From Parachlamydiales bacterium (GTDB lineage: Bacteria > Chlamydiota > Chlamydiia > Chlamydiales > JAJFMK01): a stretch of 64,000 bases of DNA. The notes under the pieces are model-generated. The model ran no database searches. It saw only the letters and a list, made by a program, of their open reading frames with translations, and was not told where the DNA came from. The stretch spans positions 1 through 64,000 of the forward strand of contig CAVXVG010000028.1 of assembly GCA_963765145.1 (NCBI GenBank), in the 5' to 3' direction. How positions within the stretch are numbered: position 1 is the first letter of the stretch; each line of letters begins with the position of its first letter. This document shows, one piece after another, positions 48,315 through 59,200 of the stretch. The position numbers and the translations under genes were made by a program.

Positions 48315-50501
48315 ATGCCTCCTATTCGCCTAAAAAGCTTCCATCCTGGACCCAAACGACTACGCCCTAGCTCGCTTTTATCTCGTGGAGACAAAACAGG
48401 GACAACCGACCTTTTCGGCAATCTGGTATTTGGCCTTGAAGAGATGAAAAAAAGGTTGCCAAAGCCGGTGGTTCACAATCTGCTGGAATCTGCCGTCGGA
48501 AATGAGAAAATTAAAGAAGAATATGCCGATACGATCGCGACAGCTTTAAAAGAGTGGGCCATCGAACAGGGCGCCACCCATTTTAGCCATTGGTTCCAAC
48601 CTTTAACTGGTTCGTCTGCAGAAAAACATGACTCTTTTCTAGCTTGGAACAGAGCAGGTGAAAAGCCGATCGAAATTTTTTCAGGGAAACAGCTCATCCA
48701 AGGAGAACCTGACGCCTCCTCTTTCCCTTCCGGCGGATTAAGAAGTACCTATGAAGCTCGAGGATATACGGGCTGGGACCCTTCGTCTCCCCCCTTTTTA
48801 TGGTTGGGCGGAGATGGTGTCACCCTTTGCGTCCCCTCTGTTTTTTTTTCTTGGACAGGGCAAGTGCTCGATGGGCGCATTCCTCTGTTACGCTCAGAAA
48901 CAAAACTGAACAAAGCTGTTCAGAGACTATTAAAGCTGACTGGCGTTGAAGCAAATCACACCTTTCCGACGCTAGGGCTTGAGCAAGAATATTTCATCAT
49001 CGACAAAACATTGCGCGACCTTCGCCCAGATTTAGTGATATTGGGCAAAACCATTCAAGGAGCCCCAGCTGCCAAAGGGCAAGAATTACAAGACCACTAT
49101 TTTGGAGCAGTGAAAGATCGTATTTTGGCTTATATGCGAGACTTTGAAGAGATGGCATTGCGGCTTTCCATCCCTGTTAAAACTCGCCATAACGAGGTGG
49201 CTCCAGCTCAATATGAAGTGGCTCCCCTTTTTGAAAGGGCAAGCCTTGCCATTGACCATAACATGTTGTTGATGGAGGTGATGAAGCAAATGGCAGAAGC
49301 CCATCACTTAAGTTGCCTACTCCATGAAAAGCCTTTTGCAAAGCTCAACGGCTCAGGCAAGCATAGCAACTGGTCGATCACCACTGATCAAGGGCTAAAC
49401 TTATTAGACCCATTTGCAAGCGAGAACAATTTACACTTTTTCATCCTCTTAATTGCCATCTTAAAAGGAATTCATAGACACAACGGCCTTCTCAGAGCAG
49501 CTATTGGATCGGCCTCTAATGACGACCGGCTAGGAGGACATGAGGCCCCACCCTCTATTATTTCGGTCTATTTAGGAGAAGAGCTAGAAAAATTGCTCGA
49601 CCAACTACTTGATACGGGATTAATGGGCAAAAAAGGGGTCAAACAGCTCTATGATTTAGGGCTTATTTCTTTGGCCCATCTTTCGCGCGATCAAGCCGAT
49701 CGGAACCGAACATCTCCCTTTGCCTATACGGGAGGAAAGTTTGAATTTAGGGCTGTTGGCTCGTCACAAAACCCGTCTCTTGCCATTGCGATGTTAAATG
49801 CGATTGTCGCAGAAAGCCTCATAGAATTATTGGACGAATACGAAAAACGGAAAAGTAGCAATAAAACAGTTTTAGAAAACTTCCTCCCTATTTTGCAAGA
49901 AGCCATCCTGTCCTCTAAATCGGTCCGGTTTTCGGGTGACAATTATAGCCAGGAGTGGATCAAAGAAGCTGAGAGGAGAGGCCTTAAACACTTTGATAAT
50001 TCGGTCGAAGCTTTCATGCTGTTTAAAACCGAAGCGGCAGATCATCTTTTTAAAGAGATTCTAACACCGGAAGAACTGCAGAGCCGTTTGGACATCTTAC
50101 TTGAATTCTATGTCAGCGAAGTGGACATCGAAGCCAAATTGCTCATTGATCTGTTCAGAACAAATATATTACCTGCAGCCATCAAAACTGAGTTGCGCTT
50201 TGCGGAAGCTATCAAAACTGTCCAGGAAGCCCTAAGAGGCAAAAAAGAACTTCACCATCAATCTGAAAGACTTGAACAAATTGTCCAAGCGATTGAGACA
50301 GCTATTTTAGAAATAGAGATGTTAGAAGCGGTCCGGAACGAGACTGCAACCCTCTCCCTTCAAGATCGTGCAAAACGTTTTGCAACCAAAGTACGCCACC
50401 AAATCAGACAAGCGCGTCAATCGCTGGATCAGTTAGAAACGGTTACAGACGACGACCTCTGGCCCATCCCGAAATACCGCGAGCTGCTTTATCTTTTCTA
50501 A
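48315..50501 (+). CDS. Glutamine synthetase type III
   Basis: HWFQPLTG, AEKHD, GEPDASSFPSGGLRSTYEARGY, NGSGKH and DRNRTSPFAYTG. Confidence 0.95.
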   Translation: MPPIRLKSFHPGPKRLRPSSLLSRGDKTGTTDLFGNLVFGLEEMKKRLPKPVVHNLLESAVGNEKIKEEYADTIATALKEWAIEQGATHFSHWFQPLTGSSAEKHDSFLAWNRAGEKPIEIFSGKQLIQGEPDASSFPSGGLRSTYEARGYTGWDPSSPPFLWLGGDGVTLCVPSVFFSWTGQVLDGRIPLLRSETKLNKAVQRLLKLTGVEANHTFPTLGLEQEYFIIDKTLRDLRPDLVILGKTIQGAPAAKGQELQDHYFGAVKDRILAYMRDFEEMALRLSIPVKTRHNEVAPAQYEVAPLFERASLAIDHNMLLMEVMKQMAEAHHLSCLLHEKPFAKLNGSGKHSNWSITTDQGLNLLDPFASENNLHFFILLIAILKGIHRHNGLLRAAIGSASNDDRLGGHEAPPSIISVYLGEELEKLLDQLLDTGLMGKKGVKQLYDLGLISLAHLSRDQADRNRTSPFAYTGGKFEFRAVGSSQNPSLAIAMLNAIVAESLIELLDEYEKRKSSNKTVLENFLPILQEAILSSKSVRFSGDNYSQEWIKEAERRGLKHFDNSVEAFMLFKTEAADHLFKEILTPEELQSRLDILLEFYVSEVDIEAKLLIDLFRTNILPAAIKTELRFAEAIKTVQEALRGKKELHHQSERLEQIVQAIETAILEIEMLEAVRNETATLSLQDRAKRFATKVRHQIRQARQSLDQLETVTDDDLWPIPKYRELLYLF

Positions 50502-50524
50502 CCCCATTCAATGAAAACTTTTAT

Positions 50525-50623
50525 TTCGCAACGCGTTTGGAGTGCTAAACTCCTGTTTATCTTTGACTTATCAGTGAAAGTGAAAGCTAAACAGGAGTTT
50601 AGCACTCCAAACGCGTTGCGAAA
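50525..50623. repeat. REP-like repeat (family A), copy 4
   Basis: TTTCGCAACGCGTTTGGAGTGCTAAACTCCTGTTTA ... TAAACAGGAGTTTAGCACTCCAAACGCGTTGCGAAA. Confidence 0.9.
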
Positions 50624-50697
50624 TAAGAACAATTTTATCGAATTCGAGCCATTTTCAAATGTTTACCATTTTTCACATGTAAGTTAACATACTTCTG

Positions 50698-51372
50698 ATG
50701 AAAAATCGTCCATCCAAAAATAACTCGAAAATCGAGAAGCTACCACCTAAAGTAGCCCTTTTCGGCGGGAGTTTCGACCCGCCTCACGTTGGCCACCTCT
50801 CTTTTGCCCTATCTTTGCAAGAAACCGTGGGGTTTGATCAGATTTTATGGATTCCGAACGCACAAAATCCTTTAAAAGGGGCGCCCCCCTCCTCTTTTGA
50901 CGATCGAATTGAGATGGTACGCAGGGCGATTGCCCCTATCCCCAACTTTCAACTGCTCGACTGGGAAGGTAAGCGTCCTCCCCCTTCTTACACCATCGAT
51001 ACAGTCCGCCGTTTGATTGCGCTTTATGGAGAAACAACTAACTTTTCCCTACTATTAGGGGCAGACCAACTCTTAACGCTTCACCTGTGGAGAGAAAGAG
51101 AGGAGCTGTTCCAACTGGCCCCACCCACTATCGGGTCCCGAGGCGGCGTCCATATCGACTGGAAAACTTTGGCATTAAAACCGGAGCTTCGAGATGATTT
51201 AAGGCGAAAATTTGTCACCATCCCCGAACTTGACATCGCATCGACTAATATCCGCGACCGAATCAATAGAAAAAAGTATTGCGGGCACCTTATTCCGTCG
51301 TCAGTCCTTGACTACATCAAAGAAAAGAAATTATACTCTAATGCCTCGAAATCTACAGTTCGTGAGAACTAA
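50698..51372 (+). CDS. nadD: Nicotinate-nucleotide adenylyltransferase
   Basis: GGSFDPPHVGH, SYTIDT, LGAD and IASTNIR. Confidence 0.94.
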   Translation: MKNRPSKNNSKIEKLPPKVALFGGSFDPPHVGHLSFALSLQETVGFDQILWIPNAQNPLKGAPPSSFDDRIEMVRRAIAPIPNFQLLDWEGKRPPPSYTIDTVRRLIALYGETTNFSLLLGADQLLTLHLWREREELFQLAPPTIGSRGGVHIDWKTLALKPELRDDLRRKFVTIPELDIASTNIRDRINRKKYCGHLIPSSVLDYIKEKKLYSNASKSTVREN

Positions 51373-51377
51373 TTAAA

Positions 51378-51743
51378 ATGAGGATGAATACTATTCTTAA
51401 TGAAGCCGCCCAAGCCCTTTTTGATAAAAAAGGCTCAAATATCCTTGCGCTTGACGTAAGAAAAATTTCATCCTACCTAGATTATGTCATCATCGCTCAG
51501 GGGAATGTCGATCGCCACGTCCGCGCTCTTGCCCATTCTGTTGAAGATCAACTAAAAAAAACAGGGATGCAACCAACAAGAAAAGAAGGTGAACGGGACG
51601 GAGACTGGGTTATCCTAGACTACGGTTCCTTTGCAGTCCATGTGATGACAGAAGAGATGAGAGAGCGTTACTCACTAGAAGAACTCTGGCGTGAAGCTGA
51701 TGTTGTGAATCTAGAGATTAAAACAGGACCACTCACTGCATGA
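51378..51743 (+). CDS. rsfS: Ribosomal silencing factor
   Basis: DKKGSNILALDV, WVILDYG and RYSLEELW. Confidence 0.95.
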   Translation: MRMNTILNEAAQALFDKKGSNILALDVRKISSYLDYVIIAQGNVDRHVRALAHSVEDQLKKTGMQPTRKEGERDGDWVILDYGSFAVHVMTEEMRERYSLEELWREADVVNLEIKTGPLTA

Positions 51744-52990
51744 AAAGAAGACGGATTGTTGTCACCGGAATGGGACTTGTCTCTTGCTTTGGAAACGAGG
51801 TAGAGCCTTTTTACCAATCTCTTTTAGAAGGAAAAAGCGGCGTTAAACCCATCGAACATTTTCCTGTTGCAGATGCCTCAACCCGTTTTGCCGCTTCGAT
51901 TGTTGGCTTTGATCCAGGCGATTACATGGAAAAAAAGACGGCAAGAAGAACCGACCCCTACATCCGCTACGCAATGGTGGCAGGGAAAAAAGCGCTGCAA
52001 AATGCACGTCTCTTCACACCTGAAGAATTAGAAAAAACCGATAAAACCCGAGTAGGTGTCATTGTTGGCTCCGGCATGGGTGGAATGCAGGTTTTCTGTG
52101 ATGGTGTCCAATCGTATACTGAAAAAGGGTACAAACGGGTCAACCCATTCTTTGTCCCTTTCATCATCACCAACATGGCCGGAGCTCTACTTGCAAAAGA
52201 CTTAGGCTTCATGGGGCCAAACTATTCCATATCAACTGCCTGCGCAACCTCCAACAACTCTATTGTAGCTGCTGCAAACCATATTAGAAATGGCGAGGCC
52301 GATATCATGGTCACAGGAGGAGTTGAAGCTGCTATTCAACCCCTCGGACTTGCAGGATTTTGCGCCATCGGTGCCTTATCTGAGAAAAATGATGCGCCAG
52401 AAAAAGCTTCCCGTCCTTGGGACAAAAATCGAGACGGCTTTGTCATGGGAGAAGGGGCCGGCGTCCTTGTGCTGGAAGAATTAGAACATGCTCTGAAAAG
52501 AGGCGCTACCATTTATGGCGAATATTTAGGTGGCGGCCTTTCTTGCGACGCATACCACATGACAGACCCTCATCCAGAAGGTCTTGGCGTGGCTTTATGC
52601 ATCAAAAAGGCTCTTGAAGATGCAGAGATTGCCCCCGAACAAATCAGTTACGTCAATGCCCATGCCACATCGACTCCGGTAGGAGATATGGCGGAAGTAC
52701 GCGCGATGCACAAAATTTTCAAACACCCGGAAAATATTGTGATGAATTCGACCAAATCGATGGTCGGCCACTGCTTAGGGGCTGCCGGTGGAATTGAAGC
52801 GATTGCAGTGATCAAAGCCATTGATACAGGAATTATCCACCCCAACATCAATTTAGAGAACCCGGAAGACGGAATCGGCTTTCAATTACCAACTGAACCA
52901 AAAAAGATGGAGATCCAAGCAGCTCTCTCTAATTCTTTCGGTTTCGGCGGTCATAACGCTTCTGTCATCTTCGCACCTTATAGAAACTAA
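51740..52990 (+). CDS. fabF: 3-oxoacyl-ACP synthase II
   Basis: STACATS, NAHATST, TKSMVGH and NSFGFGGHN. Confidence 0.96.
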   Translation: MKRRRIVVTGMGLVSCFGNEVEPFYQSLLEGKSGVKPIEHFPVADASTRFAASIVGFDPGDYMEKKTARRTDPYIRYAMVAGKKALQNARLFTPEELEKTDKTRVGVIVGSGMGGMQVFCDGVQSYTEKGYKRVNPFFVPFIITNMAGALLAKDLGFMGPNYSISTACATSNNSIVAAANHIRNGEADIMVTGGVEAAIQPLGLAGFCAIGALSEKNDAPEKASRPWDKNRDGFVMGEGAGVLVLEELEHALKRGATIYGEYLGGGLSCDAYHMTDPHPEGLGVALCIKKALEDAEIAPEQISYVNAHATSTPVGDMAEVRAMHKIFKHPENIVMNSTKSMVGHCLGAAGGIEAIAVIKAIDTGIIHPNINLENPEDGIGFQLPTEPKKMEIQAALSNSFGFGGHNASVIFAPYRN

Positions 52991-53391
52991 TGGAAAAATC
53001 ATACGGAGTCATTCCTTGCCGACACACTACTGACGGCTGGGAATTTCTCCTGATTGAAGATTTCCGCGGCAATTGGGGCTTTCCAAAAGGGCACCCAGAA
53101 CCAGGCGAAGAGCCAAAAGAAACTGCCGAGCGCGAACTGCAAGAAGAAACAGGCCTATTCATTAAGCAATGGCTTGATACTCCACCCATCACAATGCAAT
53201 ACACCTACTCTGAAAAACATGAAAAAGAAGTCACCCTCTTTTTTGCTGATGTGGATGGTAAACTTGTGGTTTTGACCGGCGAGATTTTGCAAGCCCAATG
53301 GGTGACACTTGAAGAAGGAGAACAACTTGCCACTTTTAGTGAAACAAAAAAAGTCTTCAGATCGCTACGGTCGATTTTCAGAAACGCTTGA
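52990..53391 (+). CDS. NUDIX hydrolase (Ap4A hydrolase-like)
   Basis: WGFPKGH...AERELQEETG Nudix box. Confidence 0.92.
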   Translation: MEKSYGVIPCRHTTDGWEFLLIEDFRGNWGFPKGHPEPGEEPKETAERELQEETGLFIKQWLDTPPITMQYTYSEKHEKEVTLFFADVDGKLVVLTGEILQAQWVTLEEGEQLATFSETKKVFRSLRSIFRNA

Positions 53392-54433
53392 ACAGTTACA
53401 ACAACAACACTTGCACCGCAAACTTCATGTTGAAGAGCAAAAGGTATTGTTTTCTTCCAACGATTATTTAGGTCTTTCCAAACACCCTAAAGTGATTTCT
53501 GCTGCAAAACAGGCTTTAGAGACCTGGGGATTTGGCAGCGGAAGTGCAAGAACCTTTTCAAGTCATCTACTCTTTTACCACACCTGCGAAGAGCTCCTTG
53601 CAAACACACTCCAAACCGAAAAAGCCCTTCTGTTCAGTTCCGGTTACCAGCTCAATTCCACACTTTTAAAAGCCCTCGCCAATGAAAACACACTTTTCTT
53701 TCTAGATAAATATTGCCATCGGAGCCTACTTGAGGGGGCTTTAAATAGTGCAGGAAAGGTTTTCCGTTTCAGACATAACGATCCGGAACATCTAGAAGAT
53801 TTACTTAAAAAGCATCGAGGAGAAGGGCAAGAGGCTTGGATTGTGACCGAATCGCTCTTTAGCATGCACGGCACCCGAGGCGCAATAGCCGAACTGATCG
53901 AGCTAAAAAGCCGCTACGACACCTTTCTCCTTGTCGATATAGCCCACACATTAGGGATTACGCCCCCTCCATCTGCTTCTATCGATCTTCTTGTTGGTGG
54001 TTTTGGAAAAGCGCTAGGAGGTTTTGGGGGCTTTGTCGCAGGACACAGTATACTTATCGATTACATCCTCAACACCTCTCCGGGCTTTTTATTCACTACA
54101 GCCCTACCACCCTCCATTGTCGCCGGCCTAACCGAAGGACTCAGGCTATTGCCAGAACTCGATCTCGAACGGACCAAACTCTTCAACAACGCCAACCTTC
54201 TCCGGCAAAAACTTTCACTGCCTCCAGGAGACTACATCGTCCCCTACTCTGTTGCCTCTCCTGAAGTTGCCCTCTCCCTTTCCCAATCCCTCAGAACCAG
54301 CGGTTTTCAAGTGCCTGCCGTCCGCCCCCCCACTGTTCCCCCTAACGGCTCCCTCCTCCGCTTCAGCGTCACCTCCACCCACACCTCCGCCCATATCGAA
54401 GCAGTTACCAAACATCTGCTTAGTTCTCGGTAG
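53309..54433 (+). CDS. bioF: 8-amino-7-oxononanoate synthase
   Basis: FSSNDYLGL, ESLFSMHG, FGKALG and AVRPPTVP. Exact start uncertain. Confidence 0.88.
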   Translation: MKKENNLPLLVKQKKSSDRYGRFSETLEQLQQQHLHRKLHVEEQKVLFSSNDYLGLSKHPKVISAAKQALETWGFGSGSARTFSSHLLFYHTCEELLANTLQTEKALLFSSGYQLNSTLLKALANENTLFFLDKYCHRSLLEGALNSAGKVFRFRHNDPEHLEDLLKKHRGEGQEAWIVTESLFSMHGTRGAIAELIELKSRYDTFLLVDIAHTLGITPPPSASIDLLVGGFGKALGGFGGFVAGHSILIDYILNTSPGFLFTTALPPSIVAGLTEGLRLLPELDLERTKLFNNANLLRQKLSLPPGDYIVPYSVASPEVALSLSQSLRTSGFQVPAVRPPTVPPNGSLLRFSVTSTHTSAHIEAVTKHLLSSR

Positions 54434-54492
54434 CGATTGTGGATATCTCGCCTTATCTATGTTTTCCTCCTGGATAAAGCGGAATATGGCCC

Positions 54493-55008
54493 ATGCCTCG
54501 CTTTATCTATGAAAATTATGGACATTCAGCGGAATATGGTGGACAATTCATAGACCTCATTATTGATCGTGCCGACAATTGCATCCATCTTTGTGAGATG
54601 AAGTTTTGTGATTCAGAGTTTATTATCGATAAGGCTTATGCAAAAAAATTAGAGCAGAAGAAAGAGATTTTTCAAAGAATCACTGGGACACACAAAACAC
54701 TGTTTCTCACCTTGATAACTCCGTATGGAGTAAAAGAAAACGAACATTACATTGGTCTTATCGATCAGCAGCTAACCCTCGACTCTCTTTTTCCACACCC
54801 ATTCCTCCTTAAAAACTTCCAAAAAGACGAGGAGTGCGTGCTTGCTATCTTCCTCTACATTATGGACATGATAAGGTCCAAATACTCAGCTGCGCTGAAA
54901 GCGCTGTCTAAAAAAGCAGTTTTTTCTTCTGCAAATGGCAGGGAAGTTGGAATCCCTCCCCGGATGCTTGCCTATTTTCGAAACCGTTATCAAGCATCTG
55001 CCTGCTAA
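54493..55008 (+). pseudogene. Chimeric remnant: C-terminus of an ATPase/PD-(D/E)XK protein plus an AbiEi-like antitoxin N-terminus
   Basis: IDLIIDRADNCIHLCEMKF...LITPYG, followed by KAVFSSANGREVGIPPRMLAYF. Both parts are incomplete. Confidence 0.55.
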
Positions 55009-57410
55009 CTAATCTTCTTTTTTTCCTAAAAAATGATATGTTAGCAGTTTTATTCGGTCGTTGATGAGGAACCAAGCCAAAGCATAACCCCAAACAAATA
55101 GCGCCCACCCCCAACCGATAGGTGTCATTAACAGCCCATAAACCGCTATGATTGTCGCAATGATTTGTGTACCAAACACGGCCACCCACAAAATCCGTGC
55201 TGGGCGAATGGACCAGAACGGGCCGCGCGTCCGTGTGAGGAAGATTGTCAGATGTCCTGCTACAGACAATTTCAAATACATCAACGTTTGGATGTGAGCA
55301 CGGTCTAGATGAAAGACACGCTCACCAAGATAAAACAAGCCGAAGGAGGCGATCACACCGATGACACCTAGCACCGTGGCGATCCCCAGTACAACATGCA
55401 TGTTCCAAGCCTCAGGCTCATTTTTATAATGAACATTGTCGTAGGCAATCGACAGGATCGCGCCATCGTTAAGCAATGCCAACATCACAATCATCACCGC
55501 AGTCAACGGGTAAAAGTTAAATACCAGAATCGCAAGCGTCATGAATAACAGCACGCGCAGCGTCTCTGCGATGCGATAAATCGCATAGCTGATCATCCGT
55601 TGGAAGATGCGGCGGCTTTCCTTAATTGCGTCAATAATGACAGCTAGGCCTGGCGTGAGCAGCACCATGTCCGCTGCTGCACGAGCCGCATCTGTCGCCC
55701 CAGAAACGGCGATACCGCAATCGGCTTTCTTCAGCGCAGGGGCGTCATTAACCCCATCGCCCGTCATGCCGACAATATGTCCGCCTTTTTGCAGAACATC
55801 CACAATATGGAACTTGTGTTCTGGAAATACCTGAGCAAAACCATCGGCTTTCTCAATGGACTCTGCCTGCTTTGGGTCGCCAAGGCTGCTTGCATCCAAA
55901 ATGTTGGCTCCCATGCTCAATGCTTTAGCGGTTTCTTGGGCAATAGGTAATTGATCGCCCGTCACCATTTCGACCTTCACACCCATCTTGCGCGCAGTGG
56001 CAATGGTTTCCCTGGCATCTTCCCGAGGCGGATCGAATAGGGGCAGCACGCCAAGAAACTGCCATGGACCTTCTCCCTCGGCTCTTGCCACACCGAGCGA
56101 GCGAAAACCACGTGCAGCAAATGCATTGATCGCTTTTTCAACGACTGACTTCACTAGTTCTGCATTTGCACACAAAGCCAAAATCACCTGAGGCGCACCC
56201 TTTGTCACCTTGAACTGTTTTCCAGCTGCGTCTTTGACAAGGGCCTCGGTCCGTTTATGCACCGGATCGAATGGCTGGAAATGGAGCGTCTGAAACCCCT
56301 TCAACGCCTCTTTATTTTTCAACCCTCCAGAATGGCCAGATCAATAGTATCATTATTGTCAGCACTCGAAGAGAGCGCAGCATTGAGTATGACTTGCTCG
56401 ACAGTAACATTGTTCACGCTGAACGGATCACCAAGCGTCAACTGATTCTGCGTCAGGGTGCCTGTCTTGTCTGCGCACAACACATCCACGCCGGCTAATT
56501 CCTCAATAGCCACCAACCGGCTTACAATCGCCTCTTTTTTCGCAAGTAGTCGCGCCCCGACAGCCATTGTGACTGACAACACTGTCGGCATCGCCACAGG
56601 AATAGCAGCTACAGTTAGTACCAATGCAAACTGTAACGTGATGAGGATCGGGTCGCCACGGAAGATCGCGATAGTAATGATCATCGCCACCAATGCCACT
56701 GCGAATAGGATCAAGTAATCGCCAATCTTCAAAACTGCTTTTTGAAAGTGGCTGACATTATGAGCTTCCTCGACTAGTTGAGTCGTCTTCCCGAAGTAGG
56801 TGTTATTACCTGTGGCATAAACTAGCGCTCCAATTTCACCTTGGCGGATAATCGAACCTGAAAATACAGCCCCGCCGGTTCCGCGCTCGACAGGCAGCGA
56901 CTCTCCCGTCAGGGTAGATTGATCCACCTCCACCGGATCACCATCCAGCAAGCGGGCATCAGCCGGCACAATGTCCCCCATTCTCAATCGGATGACATCT
57001 CCAGGCACCAATTCACGTGCCGCCGGGCTGGTCCACTTTCCATCTCGTTTCACCCGTGCCTTAATCGCAAGCTTAGCTTTAAGGGCAGCGATTGCATTGC
57101 CTGCCTGATGTTCTTCCCAAAATCCAACGACAGCATTGGTCATAAGCAAAAGAAGGATGATGAAAAAATCGGGCCAGTGCCTGACCACACCTGACAATAT
57201 CACTGCGATCTCAATCATCCATGGAATGGGACCCCAAAAATAGGTGAGGAACTTCAGGAACTCATTGGTTTTCTTTTCCTCAATTTCGTTAGGCCCATAT
57301 TGGCTTAACCTTCTCTCAGCTTCAGCTTGAGTGAGGCCGTCTGGCGACGACTCCAATTGCTTCTCCAATTCCGGCATGGGGAGAGATTTTAGATCGATCA
57401 TCACACTCAT
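55009..57410 (-). CDS. Plasma-membrane-type H+-exporting P-type ATPase (P3A), one frameshift near 56320
   Basis: FWGPIPWMIE, IPVAMPTVLSVTMAVGA, DKTGTLT, PFDPVHKRT, TGDGVNDAPALK and LALLNDGAILSIAYD. Confidence 0.92.
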
Positions 57411-57425
57411 TTAGAGCTTCCCACT

Positions 57426-57575
57426 TCAAAAGGGTAGGCCATAGGCAATAAACTCATCCTTCAGATTTTTAGCATCACAGCCACGATAAGGGGTTTTAAG
57501 CTGAGGACGAATGAGCCAGACGTTTAAAAGCCCGCAAGCAACGATAATTTGAAGAATAATTCTTAAAATATCCAT
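57426..57575 (-). pseudogene. Truncated DoxX-like membrane protein (49 codons)
   Basis: Reads MDILRIILQIIVACGLLNVWLIRPQLKTPYRGCDAKNLKDEFIAYGLPF*, preceded by an AGGAG RBS. Confidence 0.55.
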
Positions 57576-57642
57576 CTTCACTCCTTGCTAACATGTACCA
57601 TGAATACGCCTATTTTTTTTAATGTTTAAAAGAAGGCCATCT

Positions 57643-57990
57643 TTATCGACGTATAGCCTTTATTTGCTTTTGTGGTCTTTTACTTAAGGCTCCCGTTTTG
57701 ATTGGATCAATAAAACGATAGGCGAGCAACTTTATGTTGAGCAACGCCAGCATCACAATCATCACTGTCGTCAAAAGGTAGAAATTGAAGATCAAGATGG
57801 CAAGCGTCATAAAAAACAGCACCTGAAGTGTCTCAGCTATCCTCAGTTTTAGCGGCTCCTTCAGCAGTGGATTGTCGTAGAGATAAATCTGCCCAACAGC
57901 CAGGTAGTTGGCAGCTCGCCAGTAAGCGTCTATCTTGTGGAGTAGTTCCGGTGAAAGAATCTTTTCAGGCGTTAGCGTTGCGGTGATCAT
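57643..57990 (-). pseudogene. Chimera of a phosphoketolase N-terminus and fragments of a second H+-ATPase C-terminus
   Basis: [23 protein letters not shown] joined in frame to [22 protein letters not shown]...LALLN and IKLLAY. Confidence 0.75.
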
Positions 57991-58044
57991 CTGCTGTCTC
58001 CTTTAGGTTGTCTTTTTAGAAATCACATCCTCATCAATCCTTTT

Positions 58045-58347
58045 TTGCATTATAAATTGTCATTAAGCATTACAGGCTTTACCACATCGCTGTTATTGAC
58101 CCTTGCAGTTTATTTTATTATTGTCCATCCCGAATTTTTTCACTTCGATATCAAGATTGCGATTATCGCTATTTTCTCTCTTGCCATTGCTCAATCCTTG
58201 GTTCAGCTCATTTTTTTCATTAACGTCTGGAAAGAGAAGCGCCACTTTTGGAATTTAGGAGTTTTTATTTCCACTGCTTCTATTATCTTTATTATTGTGT
58301 TCTTCTCAATCTGGATCATTGACCATCTAAATTACAACATGCGATGA
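58045..58347 (+). CDS. cyoD: Cytochrome o ubiquinol oxidase subunit IV-like protein (orphan)
   Basis: GFTTSLLLT, LAIAQSLVQLIFF and SIWIIDHLNYNM. Confidence 0.75.
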   Translation: MHYKLSLSITGFTTSLLLTLAVYFIIVHPEFFHFDIKIAIIAIFSLAIAQSLVQLIFFINVWKEKRHFWNLGVFISTASIIFIIVFFSIWIIDHLNYNMR

Positions 58348-58357
58348 AGGGAAAATG

Positions 58358-59200
58358 CTATTTTCTGATTTTTGTACTGTTAATAGATTTTCCATAGCTG
58401 TCCGGGTTGAATAAGCCCCACTTTTTAAGGAGTTGTGTATAAACACCATTCTCCTCAATCTCTTCCAAGCCCTTATTAAATTTAATGATGATTTTTTCAT
58501 TCTCCGGAGTATTTTTCATGATCAATCGCAACCCATCATTATTCAGTGGAACAGAGGCTATTTTAAGCTGATTACGGTACATTTCGCTGTTAGTAAATTC
58601 ATGCGCTGTCATCTCATCCAAAATCATGCCGTTAATAACGTCATTAGCAACATCTTCAATCAGCTTACCACGGTCGTTATAGTCATAAAAAATAAAAGCG
58701 GCCGAAGTATGTTTATACAATTTTTCAACAGGCCTACCTCCACTGATAACCCCGATAGTTTTCCCATTCAAGTCTTTTACCGAATTAATGTGAGATCTAG
58801 TTGACACAACAAGTACAGGCCCAAGAAGATAGTACGGCTTGGAGGAAATATATTTTCCTTCATATTCGCCATATAAAAGTATTGAGGCAAGGACGCCATC
58901 AAATTCTTCGCTGTCAAGGTCTATCAATAAATCCACGTCATCAGTCCGCACTAATTGGACAAAAAAATGTTGATCCGACGCAATGGATTGTAAAATGTCC
59001 TTCGAGAATAAGGAGGTATATTCTTTTTTATCGTACAGATCTAGTGGATACCACGATTCATCAAAGGCAATTCGATAAACTTTAGGAGGTAATGCTTCTT
59101 TTGACGAATAGGTTTGAATTAAACCCACCAAAGAGACTCCTAAAAACAGCAAAAAAACGATGAATATCGCCTTGGTATGTTTAGTCAATTTATTAATCAT
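58358..59200 (-). CDS. Amino-acid ABC transporter substrate-binding protein (family 3)
   Basis: SKPYYLLGPVLV, DLNGKTIGV and FNKGLEEIEENGVYTQLLKKW. Confidence 0.85.
   Translation of the reverse strand: MINKLTKHTKAIFIVFLLFLGVSLVGLIQTYSSKEALPPKVYRIAFDESWYPLDLYDKKEYTSLFSKDILQSIASDQHFFVQLVRTDDVDLLIDLDSEEFDGVLASILLYGEYEGKYISSKPYYLLGPVLVVSTRSHINSVKDLNGKTIGVISGGRPVEKLYKHTSAAFIFYDYNDRGKLIEDVANDVINGMILDEMTAHEFTNSEMYRNQLKIASVPLNNDGLRLIMKNTPENEKIIIKFNKGLEEIEENGVYTQLLKKWGLFNPDSYGKSINSTKIRK

Noticed and set aside
1..50623. Repeat family A or the CACAGAG arrays as a CRISPR array
   Set aside because: The copies are dispersed palindromes with no regular repeat-spacer period, and no cas genes are present.
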